From positions 32,001 through 96,000 of IMG/VR virus record IMGVR_UViG_3300037487_001184: DNA of 64,000 nt. One strand, written 5' to 3'. Origin of the DNA: a virus. A model generated the notes under the pieces. That model searched no databases and was not told the DNA's origin. It saw only the letters and a list, made by a program, of their open reading frames with translations. The position numbers were made by a program, and so were the translations under genes. Within the stretch, counting starts at the first letter, position 1; every line of letters starts with the position of its first letter. This document shows positions 17,223-26,052 of the stretch, in pieces.

Positions 17223-17702
17223 CTAACTATACGTAGCCAAGTAAATAAGCCCCAGTATTATACTGCATAATATTGCTGTGGGTCCATAAGTTGTTTCAAT
17301 TATCTGTTTAAACAACCCTTCAGGGAATAAGACTTTAGAAACAAAGAGTATCCCGCCTGTTATAAAGAACAAGCCTACAAGGAAAGAGGTAGACCTTAAC
17401 ACCACTACTCGATACAGCGCAAAGGAGTCACTATCGGGAAGGACTATAGGTGAGATGTACATGAAGATAGCAACTAAAATTATTAAGCCCATCGAGGATT
17501 GAATCCAACTCTTCATTTGTAGCCATAGATAATTATCCCGCCTAGTATGAACAATAGTCCATATGAGCAACCCAATCATTAATATCAACAGGGTTGCCTG
17601 GCCAGGCAAATCTAGCAACCTTGATAGATAATTCCAAACCAGGTCTAGAGCGTTCCACTCAGCTACGTCATTTACTATAACAATAGCGCTTGTACTCAAC
17701 AT
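17223..17702 (-). CDS. multi-pass membrane protein (holin candidate)
   Basis: about four hydrophobic segments, near the NlpC/P60 gene. Confidence 0.55.
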   Translation of the reverse strand: MLSTSAIVIVNDVAEWNALDLVWNYLSRLLDLPGQATLLILMIGLLIWTIVHTRRDNYLWLQMKSWIQSSMGLIILVAIFMYISPIVLPDSDSFALYRVVVLRSTSFLVGLFFITGGILFVSKVLFPEGLFKQIIETTYGPTAILCSIILGLIYLATYS

Positions 17703-18339
17703 GCCTCCTTACTGGTGTAGTTAATACTTTCTCGTCACTCCAGCCAATATTTGACCGATGTATTAATGTAGCAGAGTTTATGCCAGTATGCCTTACCCAC
17801 TCCGCAATAGTCTTTCGTTCTCCTTCAAAAGTCATCCATCTATTGCTTCTTCTATTGTTACATTGTTCTAGCATAGTAACCCATCGGCAATTCCCTGGTT
17901 CATAATCCCCGTCATTATCTATACGATCTAATGTCAGATCATCAGAGCAATCCCCCATGTCTTCGTAGAAATTGACAAATCCGTCTCGACCTAACCACCT
18001 ATCACAGACTTTTATACCCCGACCTCCGTAGCTCTTATAAGCTTTATGACCAATCTCATAGCATCTCCGCTGCATATCTGCCCAGGCTAGGTGGGCTCTG
18101 GTCTCAATACCATTGCGTAAGCATTGCCCATGTCTTGTTTGTGTCTCCTTAATACGATCTAACTTATAACAACCACACGAGTTTGTGTTACCTATTTTTA
18201 AATCTGGTCCGCGTGCTTCTATTATATTTCCACAATCACACAAACAACTCCATCGTGAAGTACGCTTAACTACACCGACAAATTCTTGCACGGTCAATCT
18301 ACCGAATTTCTGTCCCACTAGATTCAATCTCTTACTCAT
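17668..18339 (-). CDS. free-standing HNH homing endonuclease
   Basis: LVGQKFGRLTV, CLCDCG, SCGC, YGGRGIKVCDRW, LDRIDNDGDYEPGNCRW. Confidence 0.9.
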   Translation of the reverse strand: MSKRLNLVGQKFGRLTVQEFVGVVKRTSRWSCLCDCGNIIEARGPDLKIGNTNSCGCYKLDRIKETQTRHGQCLRNGIETRAHLAWADMQRRCYEIGHKAYKSYGGRGIKVCDRWLGRDGFVNFYEDMGDCSDDLTLDRIDNDGDYEPGNCRWVTMLEQCNNRRSNRWMTFEGERKTIAEWVRHTGINSATLIHRSNIGWSDEKVLTTPVRRHVEYKRYCYSK

Positions 18340-18380
18340 TATTACCACTCCTTATTGTGTCTATCCTTAGTGGTTTATTT

Positions 18381-18431
18381 GCTGGCAGGTGGCTAAGGTT
18401 TCCACTTTTCGGACCATGAATCCTAGCCAGC
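18381..18431 (-). ncRNA. conserved structured leader upstream of HNH (copy A)
   Basis: GCTGGCTAGG...CCGAAAAGTGG...CCACCTGCCAGC; same motif at 23771 and 30012. Confidence 0.7.
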
Positions 18432-18440
18432 GCTTTTCAA

Positions 18441-18860
18441 TTACTTAACCTCTATAGGTGGTATTTTTAACCATTCCTGGGTCCTTCTGTGCATTTCTCT
18501 ATTCGCCATAAATTCGACACGCAACCGCTCAAACACACTTTCTATCTCTTCGTGAATCCTATCATGGCTATCTATAATATATTTACGGTGCTCTTTAAGT
18601 TCCAAAGTATGATTAGCAAGCCCAGCATCAATTCGTTCTAATAACATAGCGTTGTTTTTCAATACCTCGACAGCGAGGATACCATTGCGATCCAGCTTTT
18701 CGGATAGTTCCAAAACACGTTTTGTCATCTGCCGGGTATGCTCACGAGCTACATGTGCATCTTCTACTTGGTATTGATAGTAGAAGTAAGCAATCCCGCA
18801 AACAGCTATGATAAAGCAAACACCTACCACCCAGGATATAAAGACCCTTAACTTACTCAT
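18441..18860 (-). CDS. membrane-anchored coiled-coil protein
   Basis: single N-terminal TM helix followed by a helical region. Confidence 0.6.
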   Translation of the reverse strand: MSKLRVFISWVVGVCFIIAVCGIAYFYYQYQVEDAHVAREHTRQMTKRVLELSEKLDRNGILAVEVLKNNAMLLERIDAGLANHTLELKEHRKYIIDSHDRIHEEIESVFERLRVEFMANREMHRRTQEWLKIPPIEVK

Positions 18861-19143
18861 TTTTACCCCTACCATTAATTAGTCTATTAATTACATCCAT
18901 TAGCCTTGTAGACGTGCCACTGGTTGTTTCCTTTATTTCTGTAAGTATCTGCTTGTTCTGCACATCAGACTGGCGCAAGTACGCATCGTGGGCGAGGGTG
19001 TTCTCAAGGATTAAATCAATCTTATTATGAGTCTCAACTTTAACCTTCTTCACATCCCGAATACGGTGATATACAAGATACCCGATAACAGGAAACAGAA
19101 CTATGGCTAGAATTATGAATGGTGTTATAGAGAACCAAGTCAT
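18853..19143 (-). CDS. membrane-anchored protein
   Basis: N-terminal TM helix. Confidence 0.6.
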   Translation of the reverse strand: MTWFSITPFIILAIVLFPVIGYLVYHRIRDVKKVKVETHNKIDLILENTLAHDAYLRQSDVQNKQILTEIKETTSGTSTRLMDVINRLINGRGKNE

Positions 19144-19304
19144 ACTACGTCCTTATCGACAGTTGTATCTTTGATTACCTCTTGTTTTAACGCAAAAAGT
19201 TCTATCAATAAAACATCCACCTTTGAATCTAAATTCTTTAGCCGAACAATTATCCCCGCCATGTTTCGGAGTAATTGAAGCGCTGTATTTTCTGATATTG
19301 GCAC
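19140..19304 (-). CDS. small coiled-coil protein (54 aa, not in the ORF track)
   Basis: GTG start after GGAG, (M)PISENTALQLL...DKDVV*, overlaps the next start. Confidence 0.5.
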   Translation of the reverse strand: MPISENTALQLLRNMAGIIVRLKNLDSKVDVLLIELFALKQEVIKDTTVDKDVV

Positions 19305-19317
19305 TGTTCATACTCCA

Positions 19318-19644
19318 TTAGGCGTTACCCATAGGCTGCTCAACTTCACCAAAATCACATAAATCGTCAGGAATGGTGGCAAGATACTTTAATAAGTCCC
19401 CGTGTTTAGCAACGAAGAGGCAGTGGTAAATAATATTAGCAACCATCTGCTGCTCTTGTGGACTCATCTGACGTGAAATCAAATTCAACTCATACGCCAG
19501 ATAATTTAACACGCCTTGTGTTGCCATAGCAGTGCGCGCATTGCTAACTGTCTCATGTACCAACCGTTTCCCTTCATCCGATTCACATAACTTAAGCATC
19601 ACGTTTGGCTGCAGGATATATTTGGGATTGTTTTCTTTATTCAT
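19318..19644 (-). CDS. hypothetical protein
   Basis: coupled to the RNR stop. Confidence 0.6.
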   Translation of the reverse strand: MNKENNPKYILQPNVMLKLCESDEGKRLVHETVSNARTAMATQGVLNYLAYELNLISRQMSPQEQQMVANIIYHCLFVAKHGDLLKYLATIPDDLCDFGEVEQPMGNA

Positions 19645-21494
19645 TACAACTCACAAGAGTTACCTGCACAGGCAAATTCTCGACTACCTGTGGTAGTATC
19701 TGTATTCTCATACTCTGAAAGTTTACTGAAGTCAAGGACTGGGAGTTCTCTCAACAGTCTATGATATTCTATTTCTGATACCTCCTCATACGGAGCTTGC
19801 GCGTACGACTTGTTCTCGTATGGGAAGAAAGCAACTCCATTAATAGTATCAAAATGTTTATACACATAAGCTATAATCTCCAACCACTCATCATCTTTAA
19901 CAAAGATGGTGCAGCTCATGTTCTGTTCTGCCCAATTCTCTACTAACATTCTATACCACTCAAGTTGACCAATTGCTGTATCCTGCTCACGAGTCTTCGC
20001 TCCGTCTGGAGAACGCATAGGGAACGAGAATATTGCAGTATCGTGGTTGCCTTTGTCTAACTCATAAGGCATACCTTGGTCAACCATCATCCTAAACAGA
20101 GCATCGTGCATCGAGATACGTACGCGTCTAAGATAATAATTAGCCCACCTGGAGTGCATACCTGAAGAGCAATCAACCATCTGACTCACAGTACCACTAG
20201 GCTTTCCAAGCGTTATAGCTGCTGGCATATTTATACCAAGTGCTGCTGATGCCTGTTTAGCAGTCTTCACAGCGGTAGTACGCCAATGGCGTAGTGTCTC
20301 TGGTGTTATCAGATTTATATTATCACAGAGTCCTGTAAGTGATACCCCTAGTAACCTCTCTTCTTCTGCATTTTTAGCCCACTCAGGACGTAAATGAGGG
20401 AAGTATGTAAGTGTAGACTGAATACATCCCATCCAGGTCGCTGTTCGTATCTTGTCTGCTACACTATCAAAATCATCATCTGCTCGAATGACTACCTCAG
20501 TTAAATTGCATAAACCCATATCACGTAGTAGTGTTTCCCCACAGGGATTTGATATCACTATAGCACTCTTATCTCTACGTTTAGGGCTTCGTTTTCTCGC
20601 TGCCACTAAATTAAATATGCCACGCTCACCAGAGCCAGACTTAGCCATATCTATGAACTCTTGGGTAAACTTGAGGACATCAGGTTTCTTTCTATAAACT
20701 GCTGAGATATTTGCCATGAACCTTCTTGGGTGAAAGTTACCCTGCTTTGCATTCTGCATATCCATATCATCTACATCACATAAACATATCATAGCAGTCC
20801 GACGAACACCACCACAAACCACTGCAGACCCAATCTCACACATCATATCAAAAACTTCTATAGATTTAAGCTTACGATCTTGTGCTTCTATTATTGTTTC
20901 TCTCAAAAATTCCAAGCAGCGCGCTAGAGGCTCAGGACCGGAAGCATAACCGCCTGATATCACTAAGGGAGTTCCCGCTGGTCTCACTTGAGAGTAATCA
21001 AACACTGCATCTCTACCGTTGAACCATTCCTGTATACCAAAATCAACTGCTTTCTTCCAACCTAACCTGCTATCTCCAACAACATGCCTCAATGTGGGCA
21101 AATTCCGCTGCTTTTTTATCTCAGGAAGTTGCTCTAACCACTTCGCTTCCACTGAAAACCCAACTCCAGTACCAGCAAGTTCGATATACATTGCCTCACC
21201 AAACCCTTCTAGTGAGGATGAGCAGAAGCCTGAACAACCGTACGCAGCTATATTGTCTCGTCTTACATTCTCCCCAGCAGACCAGACAAGTCGCATACTT
21301 GCCATAACACCTTTTGTAAGCATATAATCTTTAATTTTTTTCTTTGTCTTGGTGGGTATATTCTGGCAGTTCTTCGTTTCGTTAAATATAAAATTGCAGT
21401 ATCTATCGACGGTTTCACTCCAGGTTTCACGCCGCTGAAGTTCTGGAAGGAAACGACTATATGTTCTTAAAAAGATGAAATCTTCGTACACCAT
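19644..21494 (-). CDS. nrdJ: class II (B12-dependent) monomeric ribonucleoside-triphosphate reductase
   Basis: RTYSR, GTGVGFSV, NPCGE, CNLTE, KPSGTVS, C-terminal CAGNSCEL. Confidence 0.92.
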   Translation of the reverse strand: MVYEDFIFLRTYSRFLPELQRRETWSETVDRYCNFIFNETKNCQNIPTKTKKKIKDYMLTKGVMASMRLVWSAGENVRRDNIAAYGCSGFCSSSLEGFGEAMYIELAGTGVGFSVEAKWLEQLPEIKKQRNLPTLRHVVGDSRLGWKKAVDFGIQEWFNGRDAVFDYSQVRPAGTPLVISGGYASGPEPLARCLEFLRETIIEAQDRKLKSIEVFDMMCEIGSAVVCGGVRRTAMICLCDVDDMDMQNAKQGNFHPRRFMANISAVYRKKPDVLKFTQEFIDMAKSGSGERGIFNLVAARKRSPKRRDKSAIVISNPCGETLLRDMGLCNLTEVVIRADDDFDSVADKIRTATWMGCIQSTLTYFPHLRPEWAKNAEEERLLGVSLTGLCDNINLITPETLRHWRTTAVKTAKQASAALGINMPAAITLGKPSGTVSQMVDCSSGMHSRWANYYLRRVRISMHDALFRMMVDQGMPYELDKGNHDTAIFSFPMRSPDGAKTREQDTAIGQLEWYRMLVENWAEQNMSCTIFVKDDEWLEIIAYVYKHFDTINGVAFFPYENKSYAQAPYEEVSEIEYHRLLRELPVLDFSKLSEYENTDTTTGSREFACAGNSCEL

Positions 21495-21591
21495 GTATTA
21501 ACCCCGCTAAAGAATAATTTGGCAGCCGAAGCTGCCATCTAACAGCAAGCACATACCACAAATTATCTAAAAAGTCAAGGTACCTGCGCGT

Positions 21592-22242
21592 TTAAACTTC
21601 AATAGTATTTTTGTTCTTGAGCCCGTATACTACTGCCGTCCCAGTCCCCCCAGAGTAAACTAACATCGAATTTATACTTTCATCGTTTCTAATTATAACC
21701 TTTTCGCCCACTGGTATTGTTATAGCATTAGCAGAAGCGCCATTAAATCTAATCCCAGCCGCAGCATTGGTCCCGTTGTAAATATACAAGGCGGGATACG
21801 CTAACACTGAAACAGATGCAGTAGGAAAACTAGTTTCACTAAGTAATAAAGTAAGGGGCGTTACAAACGGCTCATCATCTGTGAGTGTAAGTCCTTCTAT
21901 TGCTGTGATAGTAACTGTACATGCTGCACCAAAACCGCCAGTTGTTGCTTTAGTGCCAATAGTATAACCGGTACCGCCAGTAACTAATGCAACTGCGGAT
22001 ATAACCCCTTGCGATTGTGTTATAGATACAGTTCCGCCAACTCCTCCCGCAAGAGTAAGGACATCACCAGTATGATAACCAGTGCCACCAACAACAGGTG
22101 TCGCAGTTATTGCAGTTATAGCACCAGTAAGAGTAGAGGGTTTAGTTCTAAAGTATCTACTTGTCTCTTTTTCTTCATCAACTTGAAACGTCATACCACC
22201 AATTACTATCACTTCATCAGAGGTATTTGTGTACGTAGGCAT
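21592..22242 (-). CDS. putative virion protein, paralog of 30077-30487 with an inserted GGTGY domain
   Basis: MPTYTN start and similar C-terminal half. Confidence 0.65.
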   Translation of the reverse strand: MPTYTNTSDEVIVIGGMTFQVDEEKETSRYFRTKPSTLTGAITAITATPVVGGTGYHTGDVLTLAGGVGGTVSITQSQGVISAVALVTGGTGYTIGTKATTGGFGAACTVTITAIEGLTLTDDEPFVTPLTLLLSETSFPTASVSVLAYPALYIYNGTNAAAGIRFNGASANAITIPVGEKVIIRNDESINSMLVYSGGTGTAVVYGLKNKNTIEV

Positions 22243-22295
22243 TAATCAATCTCCTTATTGTTAAAAATTAACGATACCCTTAATAAAATTAGGGG

Positions 22296-22592
22296 TTATG
22301 AAAGCTCTTTCACTTCTGGGTTAGAATATGCTTGATAGGTAGTCTGGACCACAGTATCAATTATACTCCTTTCGATAGTAGGGAAGTTCTCAGTAACTTT
22401 AGATACAGCAAACGAAAACTTCTCAGAACCACTCAACTCTGTTTTAGCGGCAGCATCACGAATACCATCCAATGCTATGGGAACTAATATCTTCCCGTGT
22501 GCCACCAAATCTTTAACTACATTTAATGCTATCGCTTGTACAGTTTTGTTACCTATTAGGTAAGACAGTGCTAATTTAAGTGCTATCCACAT
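22296..22592 (-). CDS. holin-like hypothetical protein
   Basis: SGSEKF..A motif reminiscent of LLH-type phage holins. Confidence 0.5.
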   Translation of the reverse strand: MWIALKLALSYLIGNKTVQAIALNVVKDLVAHGKILVPIALDGIRDAAAKTELSGSEKFSFAVSKVTENFPTIERSIIDTVVQTTYQAYSNPEVKELS

Positions 22593-22593
22593 T

Positions 22594-22830
22594 CTAATCT
22601 TCCTCCTTCTTCTTTGACATATTACCAATCAAAAATCCGAAGCTTGTACTAACAAGCCCAATGAGCACCTTCACTACCTCAATAGAAATAGTAGTCTCAC
22701 TCTTCTTGTCACCAAGGAGGGGGGATATTACAATCACAGCCAGAACAATAAACATACACACTGCAATAACAAAGATAGCAATACCAACTACTTGTTCGTT
22801 AATATCCTTCCCAAATATCTTAGAGAACAC
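22594..22830 (-). CDS. two-TM membrane protein (holin-like)
   Basis: two hydrophobic helices and a charged C-terminus. Confidence 0.6.
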   Translation of the reverse strand: MFSKIFGKDINEQVVGIAIFVIAVCMFIVLAVIVISPLLGDKKSETTISIEVVKVLIGLVSTSFGFLIGNMSKKKEED

Positions 22831-23018
22831 TACTCCTCCTCTTCATAATGTGAATCTAAAAAAGGCATGGGTAAATACTCAGTATAAGGAGTCCCCATTT
22901 TTAGTAGCACCGCACCTAAACAAGAACAATTTATATGAAAATTTCCCACTGGGTATGTATCATAAGTGTATATAATAGCCCCACATTGTGCACAATTACC
23001 AAGTAAAACCATACCCAT
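22830..23018 (-). CDS. small zinc-ribbon-like protein
   Basis: CAQCG...CSC; coupled ORF. Confidence 0.5.
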   Translation of the reverse strand: MGMVLLGNCAQCGAIIYTYDTYPVGNFHINCSCLGAVLLKMGTPYTEYLPMPFLDSHYEEEE

Positions 23019-23548
23019 TAAACATCCACACTATCTAAAAAAACTTCAACATCCGAACTACACAACAGTTCCAGATTAGCATTAATTTTCTCGTCTGTCC
23101 AGTTATACCAAGCCACGTTTAATAACCGTTCAATGATTTCTGGTTCAAATCTATAGCGTATTAACTTAGCTGGATTACCACCATAAATAGCGTACGGTGG
23201 AACAGACTCAATAATATGACTATTACAAGCAATCACTGCTCCATCCCCAATAATCACGCCCGACATTATTGTAGACCAGTTTGCTATCCAGACATCATTT
23301 CCTATCACAGTTGATTTACCTGGCTTAGGGTGCCCTATGCCATGATAAGGAAACACGTCCTGTGATGTATGCCCAAATGGGAAAGTCGTGACCCAATTAG
23401 TATTATGATTCCCGCCAAGGAATATTCTAACACCATCCCCTATACTACAGAAATTCCCAATAGTTAAATCACCGCCGCCAAAATACTCACCATAAAGTAT
23501 TTCAATACGTTGATGTCCAAAAGTGTGCCGCCCATAGATAATACTCAT
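23018..23548 (-). CDS. CatB/Vat-family hexapeptide-repeat O-acetyltransferase
   Basis: IGNFCSIG, GGNH, TFPF, IGNDVWI, VPPYAIYGGNPAKLIRYRF. Confidence 0.88.
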   Translation of the reverse strand: MSIIYGRHTFGHQRIEILYGEYFGGGDLTIGNFCSIGDGVRIFLGGNHNTNWVTTFPFGHTSQDVFPYHGIGHPKPGKSTVIGNDVWIANWSTIMSGVIIGDGAVIACNSHIIESVPPYAIYGGNPAKLIRYRFEPEIIERLLNVAWYNWTDEKINANLELLCSSDVEVFLDSVDV

Positions 23549-23552
23549 ATAA

Positions 23553-23735
23553 CTACACCTCTATTACAAGTTTTGTGCTTCTATTTTTTAGATTACTACT
23601 ACTGACACTCTTAATATTCCCACAATCACAAACACAAATCCAACAAGAACAATGTCCCCGCTTATCCATGCCAGCAAATTCCTTTACAATCAATCTACCA
23701 AACCGCTGCCCAGTCAAATCAATGAACTTACTCAT
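23553..23735 (-). pseudogene. truncated HNH endonuclease (N-terminal zinc-binding module only)
   Basis: DLTGQRFGRL...CVCDCG, stops before the nuclease domain. Confidence 0.75.
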
Positions 23736-23770
23736 ATCTACCCCCTGTAGTAAACCCCCGATTTTGTTGT

Positions 23771-23828
23771 TTAATGGGCAGGTGGTTCAGGAAGACCACT
23801 TTTCGGTTCCGGTAACCTAGCCCATTAA
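23771..23828 (-). ncRNA. conserved structured leader upstream of HNH (copy B)
   Basis: TTAATGGGCTAGG...CCGAAAAGTGG...CCACCTGCCCATTAA. Confidence 0.7.
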
Positions 23829-23830
23829 TT

Positions 23831-25123
23831 TTAGATTAATTCACGCCCCATAGGACGATAGCCATCCTTTAAGCAAATCAAAATACACGAGACGTATGGA
23901 ATATTATTCTCCTCAAACCACGGTCCAGGAAAGTACTGGTATAAAGTCACTGCTTTGAATCTTACGCGGTCGTTGTCAATATATCTAGCCGTTTCTCTGT
24001 CAGTATAGTACCAAAAACTGTTGGGATTCCAGTACGTGCGATGAGTTGGGTCTTGGAAAGCCCCACGACCATCAGAACTGGGAACTCTGATAAGCGCATA
24101 CCCACCTGGCATTAATACCCTAAATATTTCGGACATTGTATGCCATTTATCTGATAAGTGTTCAATTATATCGAACGCACGAATTACACCCACAGATGAT
24201 GTCTCGAACGGAAAGTCATCATTTAAGTCCGTATTAACATCTGCGTCCTTTAAATCCACACTTATGAAATTTTCTGGGGTATTGAACCTGCCCCCAATGT
24301 CCAACATTGTGTAATTATTTGTCTTTGCCCAATGCAAAATCATATCATAGATAAATTGCTTCTGCACATTATGCATATTATCTTGGATAGCTTTATTCCT
24401 ATTTAGCCAACTGTTAGAGCCATATACGCGGTAAAGATACAAACAATCGTCGAGATGAATAAACTTACCCTCAAGGTAGAATTTACACATAAGCGTCGAG
24501 TCATCCAACACATTCAGAGTCTCATCATGTCCGCCCACTTTTTCATAAACCGATTTACGGAATACACGAGGATGGTCTGGCTGATAAAGAATCAGTGATG
24601 TATGATAGGGATTCAACGGTGGGCAGATAGTTTCCTTGTACAAAATATCTTTGTAAAAAAAGTCCTTATACTTCCAGCCATATAAGGTATCTTCGTTAGT
24701 GATACTAGTAGCGTTACCAAATAGGCGTGGGGACCTGTCATCATTATTAAAACTTGCAGCATTAGCATATATGAACACTGCTTCGGTATCTTCCGCCGCA
24801 GCACTAATCTTATCTAAGGCACCATCTACCAGCTCGTCATCGTGATCGAGTTCTAATATCCACTCCCCACTGCATTTACCAAATACATATTTCTTCAAAG
24901 ACCCAATATTAGGTAGTCCATTGGTATGGATAGGGATAAAACCATCATCTATAATGACAGTTCTAGGGTCATCCTTAATCTCCTGTGGTATATCTTTAGC
25001 AGTAATGCCAGAATTGGGTAATAAAACCCACTCCAAATAATCCTGATTTTGTATAGACTTATAGGTATCTAATAGAAAACGTGTATTATGTGTTGGTGTT
25101 GCAATAGAGATATTAGATGTCAC
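23831..25123 (-). CDS. GT2 glycosyltransferase fused to a SAM-dependent methyltransferase
   Basis: IATPTHN, ELDHDD (DxD), VGGHDE; LDIGG, DIIEHL, EIFRVLMPGG, DPTH. Confidence 0.85.
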   Translation of the reverse strand: MTSNISIATPTHNTRFLLDTYKSIQNQDYLEWVLLPNSGITAKDIPQEIKDDPRTVIIDDGFIPIHTNGLPNIGSLKKYVFGKCSGEWILELDHDDELVDGALDKISAAAEDTEAVFIYANAASFNNDDRSPRLFGNATSITNEDTLYGWKYKDFFYKDILYKETICPPLNPYHTSLILYQPDHPRVFRKSVYEKVGGHDETLNVLDDSTLMCKFYLEGKFIHLDDCLYLYRVYGSNSWLNRNKAIQDNMHNVQKQFIYDMILHWAKTNNYTMLDIGGRFNTPENFISVDLKDADVNTDLNDDFPFETSSVGVIRAFDIIEHLSDKWHTMSEIFRVLMPGGYALIRVPSSDGRGAFQDPTHRTYWNPNSFWYYTDRETARYIDNDRVRFKAVTLYQYFPGPWFEENNIPYVSCILICLKDGYRPMGRELI

Positions 25124-25988
25124 CTAACACCTCACGCGTCTCCTCAATGTGCTTCGTTAGCAAGAGATAGTTGGGAATTATAGGCACAAGTTTCTGAAGT
25201 CTCCAAAGCAATCCTTTGAAGTCTCCCTGACCCTTACACAGTTCACACATGCCCCATAAACTAGCCTCAAAATAAGGTCCATCAGTTTGCCCATGTTTCA
25301 GAAGCTGGAAGCATAACTCAATAGCTTTATTAGTTTCACCCTTTACCAGATATTCTTTAGCCTGGAGGAATAAAAAACTGATGTCTCCTTTATCTATCTC
25401 AGTCTGATACAAATCAATATGCAAATCTACCTTGTATTCTGCCGGATTGTCTTTGATATGCTCAAAAATGAAGTCACTCATTACCGGAGCATCGGCACCA
25501 TTTATAACATACGGATACTCATGGACAGGGTTTCCCCACCTACGGGTACCGTACTTCCATATCCGCACACTACCCTCTCTTACAATTGTTCCAGCTTTGT
25601 TCCAACCTACATCATGAAGATAGTGTGTAGCAAAATTAACAGCCTCTGGTCTAGTCTCAGCAAGCCATTGTCTAATTAGTAATGGGTTAGAAGCTAATAC
25701 CTCGTCCGAATCACTTCTGCCGATATAGTCAGCGGGGGGAACCCTATCTAAAACATCCTGTCGCAGCTTACCGAAATGCCTAAAATCTTCGAAGTTCTGC
25801 CTATAACAAGATACATTAGGATAATGTTTTAATAGTTCGTATACTGCATCAGAATCACTTCTAGAATCTACCCCTATCACAGCGAAATCGTATAGACCCT
25901 GAAGTGAAGTCATGGCACTCTCAGTGTAGTCGGTACGTCCCTTCACGATAAGGTGCCATCCCACGGTAATTGTTGATGTCTCCATCAT
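25113..25988 (-). CDS. GT2-like glycosyltransferase with helical (TPR-like) C-terminus
   Basis: LIVK, DSRSDSD, DSDE, W.NPVHE. Confidence 0.75.
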   Translation of the reverse strand: MMETSTITVGWHLIVKGRTDYTESAMTSLQGLYDFAVIGVDSRSDSDAVYELLKHYPNVSCYRQNFEDFRHFGKLRQDVLDRVPPADYIGRSDSDEVLASNPLLIRQWLAETRPEAVNFATHYLHDVGWNKAGTIVREGSVRIWKYGTRRWGNPVHEYPYVINGADAPVMSDFIFEHIKDNPAEYKVDLHIDLYQTEIDKGDISFLFLQAKEYLVKGETNKAIELCFQLLKHGQTDGPYFEASLWGMCELCKGQGDFKGLLWRLQKLVPIIPNYLLLTKHIEETREVLGDI

Positions 25989-26020
25989 CTGCCTCCCATT
26001 TCAATCCTCATTATTTTCGT

Positions 26021-26049
26021 ATTATAGCACAATTAATCTTATTTGTCAA
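26021..26049 (-). promoter_or_regulatory. consensus sigma70 promoter ahead of the glycosyltransferase cluster
   Basis: TTGACA-17-TATAAT with extended TG. Confidence 0.8.
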
Positions 26050-26052
26050 GCT

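Noticed and set aside
23018-23548. Antibiotic resistance gene (vat/catB)
   Set aside because: The fold is shared, but its position in a glycosyltransferase cluster favours sugar O-acetylation.
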